Assembly (NCBI RefSeq): GCF_036321535.1
Contig: NC_087437.1
Coordinates: forward strand, 40,116,001-40,180,000
Direction of reading: 5' to 3'
Length of the DNA stretch: 64,000 bases
Source of the DNA: Camelus dromedarius
Lineage: Eukaryota
Shown here: positions 26,748 through 41,220 of the stretch, in pieces
How positions within the stretch are numbered: the stretch's first letter is position 1
Layout of the letters: every line of letters begins with the position of its first letter
The notes under the pieces: model-generated
What the model was told of the DNA's origin: nothing
The model's input: only the letters and a program-made list of their open reading frames with translations
Databases searched by the model: none
Program-made: the position numbers and the translations under genes

Positions 26748-29700
26748 AAAACCAAAGTTTGATAGTACTTTATTGGCATGACTGTAGGTAAATAGGAACT
26801 CTTGTACCTATATTGCTTATTATAAATTAGTTGCATTTCTATGGAGGGCAATTGAATAATATCTATTGAAATTATAAGTGCATATATTCTTTAATCCAAC
26901 AATTCCACTTCCTACAGATGTACTCACATAAATGCAAAATGACAAAAAGCTAATCACTGAAACAGTTTAAAAGGGTAAAAGATTGAAAACAGCCAAATAT
27001 TCTTTGATTGGGGACTGAGTACATCTATACAACTGAATATTATTCATCTGAAAAGAAAAGGAAAAAAATCTTTATGTACTGACATGGGAAAAGTTCCATG
27101 ACACATTATTAAGTAAAGAAAGCAACATACATGAGAGTATTTAAATGTGCAAATATTTATGTATGAGAGGGAGAAATATGAATATACATTTAAATGCATA
27201 AAAATAGAACAATGATTGCTTGAAAAAGAAGGGATGCGTTGCAGGAAATACAAGGGAAGATCAGAGGTGGGAAGGAGAATTTTCACTACATACCTTTTCA
27301 TAACTTTGGATTTTTTAACCTACTGGAAAATGCATCACCTACTGGAAAATTTTAAACTAAACTTTAATTGAACAACTTTTCTCTATGAATTATTTGGTAA
27401 TAAACCTTTTATACCATGAAATGACTTTGTAAATGTATTTGTAACAATCCCTATTTTTAGGAGAGCCATGATAAAGGCAATTATATTTAAATTAGAAATA
27501 GTAATTGTTTTCTCATATTTAATTTTATCATAAAGTTCATCACATTACTCTAATTTAGCAAGTAAAACATTTCCAAATATCTTGAATATACCAATCCCTC
27601 TTGATACTGAGGCAGGTACAGGAAGATTAAAAAGGAAAATAGATTTTATATAATATTGTCTACACATACAAAATACATATTTATAAAGGACTGGAGGTTA
27701 ATTTTTAGATAATAGTACACTATCTCAACCCCTTATCATTGGTTTAAACTTGTCACATGACTAACATATCCCACAACAAATGGATTCTTGTTCACACATA
27801 AAGAAATAGTGTGTGTTAACATAATGCTATATTTACTGGCTAGGGGGAAAAATGGCACATTAAAGTCAATGGACTTCTGTCCTTGAAGAAATGTAATAAA
27901 CTTACGTATGGAGAAAAGTTCCATGGTGCCTAGTGGTGAAGGGCACAGGATTTTGGAGTAACACCCATCTAGATTGAATCCACTGCCTATGTGACCTTGG
28001 GTGAGTTACTTCAAAGGGGACTGCTTCCTGTCACACAATAGATTTCTCATAGGGTTTTTAATTAAATAAAATAATGCTTATAAATAGTTTAGCACAGACA
28101 TCTACTTAAAATCTACCTTCATTATGAACTCTCTGTCCTTTGAATGTCTCCACATTCCTATAGATACATATGCTTGCAGAGGAAAAAATAAGAACACAAG
28201 ACAGGTAGAAAAATGGAGAAATCGGTGGCCTTTATGATACAATTTGTGGGGTTAAAAAGTTTCTCCTGATCAACTATACCTCAATAAAAAATAGATAAAA
28301 AATATATTAAAAAAATAAAAATAAACAGGTTCTCCTAGTCAGATGCATCTCACCAAAGGGGCCCACAAGTAGTCTATTTGAGAAGTCAGCCAATTCCTCA
28401 AATTTATCCCCTATAAACATGAAAATATCTCTAGAAAAGAATTAAACCATTAACTAGGCAGGAATAAGACCAGAGAAGCAAAATTATTGTGCATAAGAAC
28501 AGACAAGGATTTGTGAGGTTTGGGAGCACATATCAGTCAGAGAAAAAGAGCAAACTTTGAAGTAGGGAGAAAGGGAGCCCCGGGTCCTCCTTCCAGTCGA
28601 GAACACTGCAACTGCCCACAGGCAGCATGGCCAGGGGCTTTTAAGAACAGAAGTATCTGAAATTTAGTTGTAAGTGCTTTGCATGGCTTTGTGGCCAAAC
28701 CTTCTATAAGATCTCACACATAGCCCTGAGTTGTCAGGACTTTGGTCAGGGAAGGGATCTGAGTGATGTCCAGAAAGAAGACACATACAAAAGCAGACAG
28801 GAAATACAGAGAGTAGAACAAATGCTCAGTGGAGAAGATTTCCAGAAGCAGAAAGGCCTTGATCAGAGCATAAGCTCCCCCAACAATCCTCAGAAATGGC
28901 GTGGATTGAGGTGGGGTCAAGGGATGCCTCCTTTCCCACTACATATGGGGTGAGGGGTTGAGCCCATTTAATTAAGTCTCAAAGGATGGAGTGACCTGGC
29001 TGCATGTTGACTGCACTAGCTCTCTTTCATTCCAGCTCTCTAACAGCTCGAGAAAAGCTAAAAGCAGAATCCAGAGGGCCTAGAACCCAAGGCGGACAGA
29101 AGGGTAACAATTTGAGGTTAGAGGAGAAAGCTTGGGAAGGATGATATGTAAGAAGTATCAAATGGGGACACCTTAACAGGAGATAGTTGCTCTGAATAGA
29201 GAGGGTGCTTGTGGCTTGCGTAAGCTCTGCACAGATTACAAATTAACATTTCAAATATTATTCACCTAAAGTTAAATTTGGTATATGCTACATGGGTAAG
29301 TGATCAAATACCAGATTACTGTGATAAATTACTGAGGGGAAAATATTAAATCTATAACACGACAAATACAATGGGAGAAAACCTGGAATAAAAAAAACAA
29401 ATAAATGTGAAAATGGTTCTTTTTCTTCCTGGCTGTCTATTTAAAAGAGTTAAATTAAGACATGAAATGATCATATCAGCTTTAATTCTTTTCTGTTATT
29501 AATTGAACACCTTCTTGGAAACATGCAGATAAAAATCCCACCTTGGAGAATTTGAGATAAGAATGAATGGAAAGGAAGTGAAATTAACAGGCTTTACCAG
29601 TTCATACTCATAACCATCACGCTCTGTTTGTTCAAAGCTGCCTACAGATGCATAATATTAAGTTGAACCTTTAATGTATTCTGATGTGGGGGAGCTTACA

Positions 29701-32700
29701 ATCATAAGGCCTGTTTCTAGGGTCACACTTTTCTTTGTGCCATAGTAGAGGCCATAAAACCAGGTGAAAAAGAGAGATGAGAGTTTCATGTATTATAAAG
29801 AAATTCAAGCTGCTTCCCGTGATGAAAAATACATAGATATACATATACACTGTAGACATTCCTCAGCTATGTATAGTAGATCCTATAATGCATTAGTTTA
29901 CAGGCACTTTAACGTGATAAAAGAAATCATGAAATTTAGTTCTTTGCCTGAAGGAAGACTTATCATAAATAGCAAAACCGGCCAGATGTCCAGTGATCCT
30001 AAAAATAGGTAAGCTTCTACTGTGAAACCCATCACTTCACAGGAAATAAAGAGAGAAGCATAGCCACACTCTATGGGAAAGATCCACCAAGAAATAGCCA
30101 AGATAATTTCCTTCATTTGACCATAAACCCATCAAAACTTCATGGAATGTGGTTACTTTATTTATGCAGTTACTGTGTTCAGCTAACCACATATTCCATA
30201 ACCTTCTTAAATAATGAGAGAGACAGACAGACTACCGTGGGTCCTGTCCTCTAATAGGAATTCAAGTATTGCTGTACATCTCCAGAATCCTAAGGAATTT
30301 TCTACTGAAATCAACAGTCACCAACACAGACTGACCTAGAAAGAGATTATATCGTATTTCTCCTTGGCTCCTCAAAACATTTATTTCATTTATTTATCCA
30401 GCTACTTAAAGTGAACCACTTTAAAAAAAGAATCCAAAAGGACTATAATCAGATATATTGATTCTGAGAGGCTGATTGTCAATCACAGAAACAAGGAAAC
30501 AGTCATTTTTTTAATGAAAATTGGCCCAATATTAATATGGGCCATTAAAACATCTGAAGTCTTGATCACTATGATGTCATGGAAGCTAAACCTATTTGAT
30601 ACCAAGCGTGAGCCACTTTTTCTTTTCCTTTGTATTCTGTCTATGGCTTGATGCTTGTGGGTACAGTAGTAGACTCTTGCCATGCTTCCCAGCAGTCCTA
30701 TCTGAAAACAGCTGTTTTCCCAGCCACAGTAATCCAAAGAGCAAACTATCAATGGAACTATTTTGGCAAAAGGACAACTTATTATAAAATACAAAACAGA
30801 AAGTTATAGCCAATAAGCAATCAAATTAGTACTAAATGTTAATTTGTTTGAAGGTAGATTTTAATGAAGATAACACTCATTATGGAAATTCCTAGAGTAA
30901 AAGATAAAGAATACTTCAATATGTTTCCCACTTCAGAGTGCACGATACTATACATTAAAATTTCCAAAGGTACAGATGATATTTGATGTTAAGGAGGCTA
31001 CAACTACATGTTACCCCCTGTCTTTAAGAAAGCTTGTTTATTGCTTTATCACAGAAGTAAAGCTGTAGAAGCTGTAAAGCAGCTATTCTGTTAGGCCATC
31101 AGTTGCAATTTAAAAAATTTTTGAAGCTGTGGAACCATTTCCTCAAATATTAGAAATCCATTATAAGAAATGTGACTGCTCTGGTTGAGAGGATCAGAAG
31201 GAAGGTTAGATCTAAAGGAAACCTCTCCCAAATACTGGTTTTGACCCCCTACCTCCTTACTTCCTTGAGAAGGGAAGTGTAAACATGGGCCTTGGGTACA
31301 AAACTGGCAGTGTTTTATTTCTGCATTTTTTATTTTCTTTCTCAAAAATAAAAATGTATGAAGTTTAAAAATTTCTAGGCAAAACCACATTTTGAAATTG
31401 AACAAACAAACAAAAAAAGCAAAAAGCCTTTATGAGTATGTAACAGGATCTGAGCATAAATTTTAACAGAACTAGCTCCAATTTGTTAGCTTAACCTCTC
31501 TCATTTTTGCCACGGACTGTCTACCTCTCCATTCTTTGTTCACTGAATCCTGCCGCCTTTTCTGGACCTGCCAGCCTCTCTACCCTGGAGTGAAAGAAGG
31601 CATAGTTCTCATCTACTCATATACTTTTGTACCCCTTCAACCAAAGTTTTAAAAGTAAGATTATAGTGGCATGCAAATTGTTTCTGTCTTCAGTGTTACG
31701 ATTTTAAATAGACTGATTTTACTCCACAGTGGGGTAGGAAAAAAAATCTAAGTCTACAGTCATTACTGTGATTGAGGTTTTTGCTACAGGTGAACAGATA
31801 TTGCCATCTACTGTCGAGAAAAAATAAAATGACTAAGCCAAAAGTTTTCAGCCTTAAGGTTTTGACAGATTATAAAATTACAACAGAAAAAAAAACTGGT
31901 TTTATGAAAGTAGGATTTAGTATGCATAAAGTTGCTTGAAAACTACAGAGAATAGAAAGTATAACAAAACCAGAAAACTTTCTTCCTTAAAATCAGAAAA
32001 ATTGCTACATGCAATTATTCTTATGTTTGATTAAAAGTTGAAAGTAAATCATTGTTTTCTCGGTTTCTATTTGGCTCACAATTTTAGATACTACAGTGAA
32101 GAAGAACTATAAATAAATTATCCCTTTTTAATTATCTTCATTTCAAAGTTTAACTTAAGATATAGATTAATTTACTTTCTTGATTTTCTCATAAAGCCAC
32201 TAGAAGTGCTTAAGGTAAAGTCAGTTTTTAACATTAGATTTAGCTACAAATAAATTTTCTTTCGAAAAGTAGGGTAGTTAACACTTAGCCTTCTTTGAGG
32301 CCTCTAATAGTATATACTTAAGCAGAAAGCCCCTTTAGGGCAAAAAGCTACTACAAAAGCAGTGCATCGCAGCCAGAAAACCCAGGAACAATAAAACTCT
32401 CTTACTAGTAAGGAGAGACAGAGCTCTGAGTCTCCAGATCCATCAATGTGAAGAATGACCTGTCATTTTTCTGGTGGCTGGTGATGAGCTGGGGGAAATG
32501 ATTTGGTGGCTGAATTCAGTTGTTTTTGCACATAGAAAAGTATTTCTCCCTTTAAAGAGTATTTATTTAACTCTGTCAACAGCCAAGCACCACATGACGT
32601 CCTGTGTCAGCTATCTCACGCTGGAGAGAAGCAGATGTGAAGCGTGATGTGTGGATGGTGCCGAGCAAGCCCCCAACATGAATGTCAATGAAAAGAAAGA

Positions 32701-34134
32701 GACCTTTAATCCTTGCAGTGTGTTAATCCAAACATGAAAGCTGATTACACACCACCAGCATGTATGGTGTGTATATGTGTGTGTGTGTGTCTGTAGAGAA
32801 GTTAATGTTTTTAAAAATTGTTAATTGATTTTGCTATATCAACAATTCTGGTCCCAACCATTATGGCTTATTTTGCTGGATTCCCTAAGGTATCTCCATC
32901 ATAACTAACATTAGTAGAGCATTTACTATTTTTAAGGTGCTCTCACACAGGTCACCATTTACTTGCTCTTTTAACAAATGTGTACTAAACACCAGCCATG
33001 TGGAAGGCTCTCACAAGCATCAGAATTACAAAGCTAAAAGACACACCAGCCCATCCTTCAAAGAGCCTCAAAGCCTAGGTGAGATGAAAAGGAAGTAATC
33101 TCACAGCTGGGTTTACAAAACAATGTAAGAAGTTCCCTGACAGAGAAACAAAGAAGCGCTACATAAAATGAAAAATAACAGATCTGTTTCTACTTGGGCA
33201 ACACGGCAAGAATTGGAAGTTTCAGGGGATAAAAAACTGAATAGTATGTGAACCAGCAGAGGATACACTTTCTGAGAACTACCGATCATTGTTGGATACC
33301 ACATGCTCAGCAAGCATCAGCAGGTGAGTCTAGGGAAGAAATGTCATGCAGAGGAGTCCCAGGCATATATACCCAGTATAGGGAAGGTGTGAAACAAACA
33401 TTACAGGGAAACAGTTTATGAGAAGAGAAGTGGTGGAGTGTCTGTAATCCCTTAAACTCTCATTATTCCACAGGTTAGGCTCTGAGTAGATGGCCCACCT
33501 GCCCCACAGCTAGCATCCCAGTAGAAAAAGGCTCGGCCCCATAATGGTCTAGGGAACAGGGAACATGTCTGCACCATAATACTTCCTGGACAGAGACGTG
33601 GCCTTGACAGGAAGGTAGGTATCAGCCTGTTCTGGTGTGCTAACTCTGACGTGCCAAGCCATCTACGAATCTACCAAAAATGGGGAGAAGACAAGCCTCC
33701 AGTACATGCAGATTTATAGCTCCTAAGAGGAGCAGAGAACAGGAACTGAAGGCTCTTGTTTGCCATGCTGAGCTGATTTGAAGCTGCGGGAATCAGGGAG
33801 CCACCAACTGTTCTTGGGCAGAGAAGTAACAGGATCTGATTTATAATTTAATGAAGTCACCAGCACTGTAAAAGATAGGTAGGGGACAGGAGGCCAGGAT
33901 GAGAGTGATTGCAAAAGGTCAGAATAGAGGGTCTGACACAGAGCAGAAACAGAGAGGGTGGGAAAACAGCAAGACTGGAGAGATGCACACTCAAGGGTGG
34001 AATGAATAGAACATCAACACTGGTTAGATCTGAGTGGAGGGAAATAACAGTCTAGCATTAGCTGGTCTCTGGCTGAGTGACTAGCTGAATTGGAGAAGAG
34101 GGGGTAGGGAGGAAGATGAAAGACAATAAGGCCT

Positions 34135-34830
34135 TTTTTAGCTTTTTATTTTGAAATAATTATAGATTCACAAGAAGTTGCACACATAGTACAGAGAGGT
34201 CCCATATACCCCTCACCATTTTCTCTAATAGGACCATCTTACGTAGCTATAGCACAATATCAAAATCAGGAAAATGACACTGGTACAATGTGTATGGTTC
34301 TTTGTCATTTTATCAAATGTGACTTGTGTAGCTGCCAATGCAACCAAGACATGAAACTATTTCACAAAGGTATCCCTCATGCTACCCCTTCACAGATACA
34401 TCCATCCTACTTCCCTCCATCATCCCTATTTCTGGCAACCATGAATCTCCATCTCTATAATTTTGTCATTTTTAGAATGCCATGTAAGTAGAATTATATA
34501 GTATGTGACCTTGTGTGACTGGCTTATTTCACTTATCATAATGCCTGAGATGTATCTAAGCTGTTGCAAGTATCAGTGGTTCCTTTTTACTGCTGAGTAA
34601 TATTCCATGGTATGGATGTACCACAGTTTGTTTAACCATGCACCCAGTAAAGGACAGTTTAGTTTCTTGCAGTTTTTTTGGCTATTAAAAATAATGCTCC
34701 AATAAACACTTATGTACAGGTTTTTATAAAAACTTAAGTTTTTAATTCTCTGGTATAAATATCCAGGAGTGTGACTGTGGGATCCTATGGTAAGTGTATG
34801 TTTAGTTTTTAAGACCTATTTTTCAAGCTA
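34135..34830 (-). mobile_element. L1MB/MC-type 3' end
   Basis: tttattttgaaataattatagattcacaagaagttgc...gtacagagaggtccc...ctgagtaatattccatggtatggatgtaccacagtttgtttaacc. Confidence 0.8.
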
Positions 34831-36439
34831 AGTATGATTTTATTACCATTTAAAAGTAAGAAATGAAAAGCATGGTGATTAGCAGATCAGACTTTGGAAC
34901 AAATGGACAGGGTTGAATCTCGCACTACTATCTTCAACTGTGAAACTTGGTAAATTAACTCTTCTATATGTATATGTCATTTTCTCTCATGTGTAGATTT
35001 CTGTAGTCTTTTAATGACTTCAGGGTAGCACCAGAATAATAATTTCCTGCTTCACTTGAATACAGGACAGGTAGGATTCCTAGGTATGAAATGAATAATT
35101 ATGCCAGTTATCAAGTAAGGAAAAGAGAAGCTGGGCTGAATAGAACTGAGAATCTAGAGAAGATGAGGCTGTTTATACTTAGATTAAGATGGGCAGGGAG
35201 TGTATCGGAGACAGACAGTATAAGAGAATGAGGAGCTGGCCAAGGTTTACAACTGGGCAACCTAAGGAGAATCTAGAATAAGCCAGTCTCAAGACTCACA
35301 CAAGAGGGGGAAAAAATGGGATGTGTGATTTAATGAAGGACTCCCAGTCCCGCAGGGTTCTGTTGCTGGTGGTTTTCTAAGCTACACGTATTGTGAGGAA
35401 TTCAGAGGTAGAAGCAGAGGGAAAGATAAAACATTTGTATGATCAATTCAGCAAAAATTATGACTCATGCTCCTCATACGGTTTAAGGCTAAGCTCAAAA
35501 ATAAGGGTGCATCATGTTGGGGTAGGGATGGCATTAGGACAGAATCGTTTAAGAGAGGCCAGCTCTAGGTAGGAGTCTAGACAAACAGGAAAAGTCAAAT
35601 AGAAGCAGAGGTCACATAGACAATATATAGTCAAGTTCAAGGAGGCCAACAGAGAAAACAAAATGCATAAATATATCCAAGTTTGGGCAACCAGAATTGA
35701 TTATCAGGAGTTCAGCAGAATAGATAAAGTAAGTGGGGTAGGTGAATTTCTGATTTTAGAACATAGACTTTTGCTTTTTATCTGTTTTCTGCTGTGTGCT
35801 GCTTCTGTGAAGCCCTGTGCCTTTGGGCGTTAGTTCTAGACAGAAAAAGTGCAGAGATCTGCTGTAAAAGCCTATTTTTGATGAGAATAAAGGACTGAGA
35901 TTACCTCATTCATGTAAGATTAGTAGAAGTCAAAGTATGGATGCTTTTGGTTGCAAGTAACAGTTAAACCCAACTGAAAGAGCCTCAAACAATAAAGAAA
36001 TGTATAATATCATATAACAAAGACCAGTAGTAGGAGATTTCTAAAGCAAGTCAAAATAGTAGTACAACAATACCATCAAGGACTCCATCCATTCCGTATT
36101 TCCCTCTGCCATCATCCTCACATTTACCACTTGGGGCCACAAAACACACATTTGTGGATACCATATTCATCTCAGGATAAATGCAAGAAATTTATTTTAG
36201 GGAGTCAGAATCAGAAAATTTAAAAATTAATCTTCATTAATTAAAGGCTTTTGTTAATTGAATTTAACTGAATGAAAGTCTTCTTTAGATCATTCTTTAT
36301 ATTTCATACCTTGCCCAAGATTCCTCTCTAATATCAGGATCAGGCCATCCTCACGGATTTAGATGAATTTTCTTTATTCTCATTCTCAGGACATGAAGAG
36401 ATGGCTCAAAATATTTCTTCCAAGGAAGGAAGTTGTATA

Positions 36440-36650
36440 ACTTAGATTTGCATAACAATGTACTTTCACATGGTTTGCCTAACCTAATCTTTACAAATCT
36501 TTGTGAGTTAGAGCAGGTATCAATAACTTCATTTTGGAGATGAGAAAACAGAGGCTTAAGTTTAAGTGAATTGCTCAAGGTCACTAAGAAACTATGTGAC
36601 AAAATATAGATTTAAACCCAGATATTTTATCGCTCAATTTAACCGTTCTT
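36440..36650 (-). mobile_element. MIR SINE
   Basis: cattttggagatgagaaaacagaggcttaag..aagtgaattgctcaaggtcac..gatttaaacccag core. Similar MIRs at ~15950-16160, 23850-24000, 27925-28100, 38845-39020, 46930-47110, 55120-55300. Confidence 0.8.
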
Positions 36651-36735
36651 TCTACTTTAGGAGACAATACTGATTTCTCTAGGCCAGTCCAGATTTTACA
36701 TATGAAGTTATAGCCTCCCCTTTACTAAATTATTA

Positions 36736-36855
36736 TTGGTGGGGGGAGTAATTAGTTTTATTTATTTCTTTATCTTTAATGGAGGTACTGAGGATTGAAC
36801 TCAGGACCTTGTGCATGCTGTGCATGCAGTCTACCACTGGGCCATATCCTCCCCC
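36736..36855 (-). mobile_element. tRNA-derived SINE, Vic-1-like
   Basis: ggaggtactgaggattgaactcaggaccttgtgcatgc...ctaccactgggccatatcctccccc. Confidence 0.85.
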
Positions 36856-37249
36856 AACTACATTCACATTTATCGGAACGTAAGAGTTGGTTTTTAAGTT
36901 AAGAACACACAAGCACTGTAATTAAAACAGTGGAGGGCTCCCAAAGGAGAAATCAGGTCAGACACTCAGGCTAATACTCCAAACTTCAGTGCTATCTTCA
37001 TCCCCTTGTACCCCACCCATTAAAGAGTGGAAAGGAGAAAAGTTAAGTAAGTAACATGTGGCATAGGGAAGTTGGAAGTACAGAGGCAGCATTACTTAAG
37101 GGAAGGGATCACAGACTTTGCTCACCTTCAATTTTATTCTATCTACAATTCAGATAATAGTAGCTACAATGCAGTGTTTTTGTACTAATAAAATAATTAT
37201 TTTGAAGTATTCAACAAAGGGTTATTTGAGTATTAGAAGAATGAAGGAA

Positions 37250-37555
37250 TCCCCTGCACATGACCGATAGGCTCTAACTTCACGTGGAGGAGTCGGGGGA
37301 AGGTGAGGGATCTGAAAGTTTCAACCCCCTAATCACCTAGTTGATTCCTCTAACAACCAGCCCCCAGTTTTAAGCTGCTTTTCCAAATGCCACCTTATTA
37401 ACATAAACTCAGGAGTGGCTAAAAGGAGTTTGTTATGAATATCAAGACATCTTTATTACTCTTAGCACTTAGAAAATTCCAAGGGTTTTAAGAGCTCTGT
37501 GCCAGAAATGGGGAAGACCAAATATATATTTCTTAATATAAATCACAATATCACA
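37250..37555. mobile_element. Partial LTR related to the 40.5-41.2 kb element (MER21/MER77-like)
   Basis: Shares aaattccaagggt(ttt)aagagctc and accagcccc motifs; ends cacaatatcaca. Confidence 0.6.
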
Positions 37556-37589
37556 CCTCAGTAAGCCATTGTCCTCTGTCCTAACAGCA

Positions 37590-38450
37590 CTCGTTCATTT
37601 ATTCAACGAATAATTATTGAGTACCTATTATGTAATAGGCAGTAGGGATATATCAATGAGATAAATGGCTTGATCTCTGCTGCTATTTTTATGACCCAGT
37701 AAGAAGACAGATAAAAGCAAATAAATTATTATAAATCAGAAAAACAAGGTATGAAGGTAACCAACATAATGTCATACTAGGAAGGGAGAGATGCTTTAAA
37801 AGGGGGTTAGAGAGGCTTCCAAGGAGGTGGTATCAAAATTGAGGTGAAGAAGAGAAGGTGCCAAAAACTGCAAGTGTCGGGACAGAGCAATTTAAGAAGA
37901 GGACCTTAGGTAATAAAGAGCTTAGTAAATCCTGGAAACTGAAAGGAGGCGGCCCAGGTGGCTATAGCACTGTACAAAAGGAGAAGAGGGGTTAAAATGA
38001 GGTTGGAGAGGTAAGGAGGGACCAGATCATGCAAAATCTTGATAAGAATTTTGGATTTTATTCCAAGTGCAATGTAAAACCATTGAAGGGTTATATAGAG
38101 AAGAAACATGGTTCTGTTTGCATTCTAATAAGCTCACTCTGGCTGCATTTGTGAAGAACGATTTGGTGGTGAGTAGAGGACAAGATAAGAAGCAGACTAG
38201 TCAGAAAGTCTTTGCAGGAGACTATGGTGAACTGGATTATGGTGGTGGCAATGGAATGAATTAGACTTAAAAACTTCAGGGTATGTTTACAAGACAGACT
38301 AGAGGATATGGTGGGGTGAGGGGAGAATGAACTAAGGATGATGTCTGGATTATTGGTTTAAGCAGTGGGTGTAAGGCAGTGGCACATACAGAGATGGGAA
38401 AATCGAGAAAGAATTTGGGGAATAAAATGAAGAATTTAGTTAAATTTCCG
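37590..38450 (-). mobile_element. L2 3' fragment
   Basis: Starts ttcatttattcaacgaataattattgagtacctattatg (antisense of the L2 tail); ttggattttattccaagtgcaatg; ctcactctggctgc. Confidence 0.75.
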
Positions 38451-40529
38451 TAATATTGAACTGCAATATATAATCTGCTTATATAATCTTACTCTCCAGG
38501 AAATCCTCTAAGGATGGGGAATGTGTTTTTCACCTCTGAAGTCTCAACATCCCGAACAATGTAACATGTTACAGACTAGGCATGTAGGAAGCATTTGTTG
38601 AATGAGTGTCCCAGCTTTACAAATATTTCATATATTCCAGTGTAGTAACATTCTACCTATTGTGAAAAGTCTGATTTTAGTTTTCCTTTCCAAGGTAAAC
38701 AAGAAAAAAACGATTGACCATTAATTATTCTTTAACTTAAAAATAAAAAGAAGTATGAGATGCTTATTTTTTTTTAATTCTTTGTTTGTTTAGTTTTCTG
38801 TAGTTAAACTAAAATGAGAGTTAAAAGCTTTGATGTGTGTGTTTAAATTCTTGGGCCTGCTACTGACCTTCTTCAAGTGATTTTTACCTCCCAGTGCTTT
38901 AGTTTCTCCATTTGCAAAACGGAGATAATGGTAGTTGCCTTATCTCACAAGGATGTCATGAAAATAAGTCAGATAAATTGCTTTGCCCTCCTTAGAGAGA
39001 GGCTCTAGAAAGTAAGCATTATTAGATATGATGATGAATACCCACGACTTCAAAGATATTTTTAAATTGCCCCCCAAGTCTTTGAACATGTTAAGCCTAT
39101 GAATAGCACCGTGTTAGGTGTTTATACATTTCTGGCAAGCTTTCACCTCTTGTTAAAGCAGTAAATGATCTTTGAACAAATGTATTTCTCATTCTTTGAT
39201 AACTATGCTTCCTTGTTTGTACACTTGAAAGATGATTATCATCTGGTATATGAGGTCAAGTTGAACTCCTTGGTGCCATTACAGTTCAATTGTAGCTTTA
39301 ATTGAGTTTTTCTTCCAAGGTTGAAAATAAGTCACTTGGTTCACTTTAGTAAGCTACTTACATTCTAAACAATTGTGAGATGAATGCAACTATTTCCTGC
39401 AAATGGTATGTATAAATAATGCTTTTCATTTTAGCTATAATATCAATTCAAAAATTGACATAAAAAATTCAGTACCTTTATTTCTTCACTGCTGTATTTT
39501 TTTCTGATAGATTTTCCTAAAATTGCTTTTAATAGCTATAATTATACATTTTAACATTTCTAACATAGCCATGGTATACACATAAATATCACCAAAGTAA
39601 CCTACAGCCCTCAAGACAAAATATAGGATAGTAAACATCTAGAACAACGTATCTTATTACAGATGTGCATCAAGTTCGTAATTAGTGTTACATTAAAAAA
39701 CTGACCAGCATCGCCACCCTTACTCACACATCCCTGACCCATATATACCCAACACAAATCAAAACCACTTTCTGCTGGAGTAGCCACAATGCTCCCATTA
39801 GAGTGCTATAAAATCATTCCCTGCAAACTATGAGAATAAGACCTACCTCTTTAATAAAAACATTTAAGGTAAGTCTTAGTATATCTATTTGACAAATACA
39901 GAATCTGAAGTTGGGCAACTTATACTAGATTCCCTTGGCCAGGTCAGAGCATGAGCCAAAAATGTTTGACCATTTGTTCCTGTTTCCTTTTCTCTCAAGG
40001 AAGAAATGAGAATTTGAGCAACATAAATGAAGATACTGCACACTTTGATGACTTTCTAAGATGGGAGATAAATCAGGGTGGAGGAAGGTTATGGGAGAAA
40101 TGGCCTTAACTCCCCCAACTGATGGTATAAGTCTCCTCACAGCCCCATCAGTATCTGACAGAATGGACACTGAAGGACAGGTCTTTCCCTCAGGCAGATC
40201 CACAGGAACAAATGTCCTAGGTGTCCTAGGTCCTCTATGTGGGGAAGGAGATCCAGTTATATTTTCAGAATATTATTAAAGTTATATTCTGCAATTTCTG
40301 TCTTTAGTGATATTCCCAGGGGCCTATAAAAGATGCTAAGAGCATAGCCTTCTCTCAAATACAATTATGTTACACAGGCCTTTAACTGGTGGGATGGCAC
40401 AAACTCCCATACTTCTGTGAAAATCATTCCTGACTTCAGGTATCACTGAATTTGCCTAGGTCAAAGGTCACAGATTAGTAGCCTATAATGGGCTAGATTT
40501 TTCCTCAAAAGGTTTTTTGAGTGGCCTGG

Positions 40530-41220
40530 TGTAATGACTTCTGACACCAACACCCAAGTTAGGCCCAACTTCGCAGGTTAAGGGCACAGTTCTCAAGACT
40601 GCCCTTACATCAGACACCAGCTTAAAGTTGGGATCCCCAAGCCATCCTCACCTCTGACCAACTGGCTATGATTCAGCTAGCTACACCCTCAGGTAAGATA
40701 ATTGACTAGAATGACTCACAAAACTCAGAAAAGTCCTATACTTAAGATTACAGTTTCATTACAGCAAAAGGATTCAAATCCAAACCAGCCAAAGGGAGAG
40801 ATGCATAGGGTGAGGTCTGGGAGGGTCCCAAAAGTAAAGCTTTCCTTGTTCTCTCCTGTGTCCTCAGGACCACACTGTCCTCCCAATACATTAACACATG
40901 ACAATACAGAGTACTGCCAACCAGGAAAATGCCTCCCAACTTCAAAGTGTCCAGAGTTTTTATTGGGACTTCACTACATCAGCACGCTTGATTGACTCAT
41001 TGGTCACAAAACTCGGTCTCTAGCCGCTCTCCTCTCCTGGAGGTCTTGCTGGTGTGACCAGCCCCTATCCTAGGTCATCCTATAAGCTATTAGGTGTGGC
41101 CTGAAGGGCCCACCATGAATAAGAAACACACCTCTATGACTCAGGAAATTCCAAGGGTACACAAGCTACTTCATGGGACTCAGGAATAAAAGCCAGACAA
41201 ATTCTTTATTATACACCACA
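40530..41220. mobile_element. Solo LTR, MER21-like (ERVL class)
   Basis: TG...CA ends; ggttaagggcacagt..aagactgccc..cagacaccagc; tcaggaaattccaaggg; ccagacaaattctttattataca. Confidence 0.7.

Larger units (their letters stand above)
25960..27330 (+). mobile_element. Old degraded L1M-type fragment
   Basis: A-rich text with L1 ORF2/3' remnants (aattccacttc...gatgtactcaca; aaatatatgaaaaga..ctcattcataatt); limits approximate. Confidence 0.6.

Noticed and set aside
20912..27350. Short direct repeats (13 bp at 20912/20928, 15 bp at 25601/25620, 14 bp at 27318/27337)
   Set aside because: Isolated micro-duplications typical of replication slippage; no array or repeat-spacer structure, and nothing CRISPR-like in this mammalian DNA.
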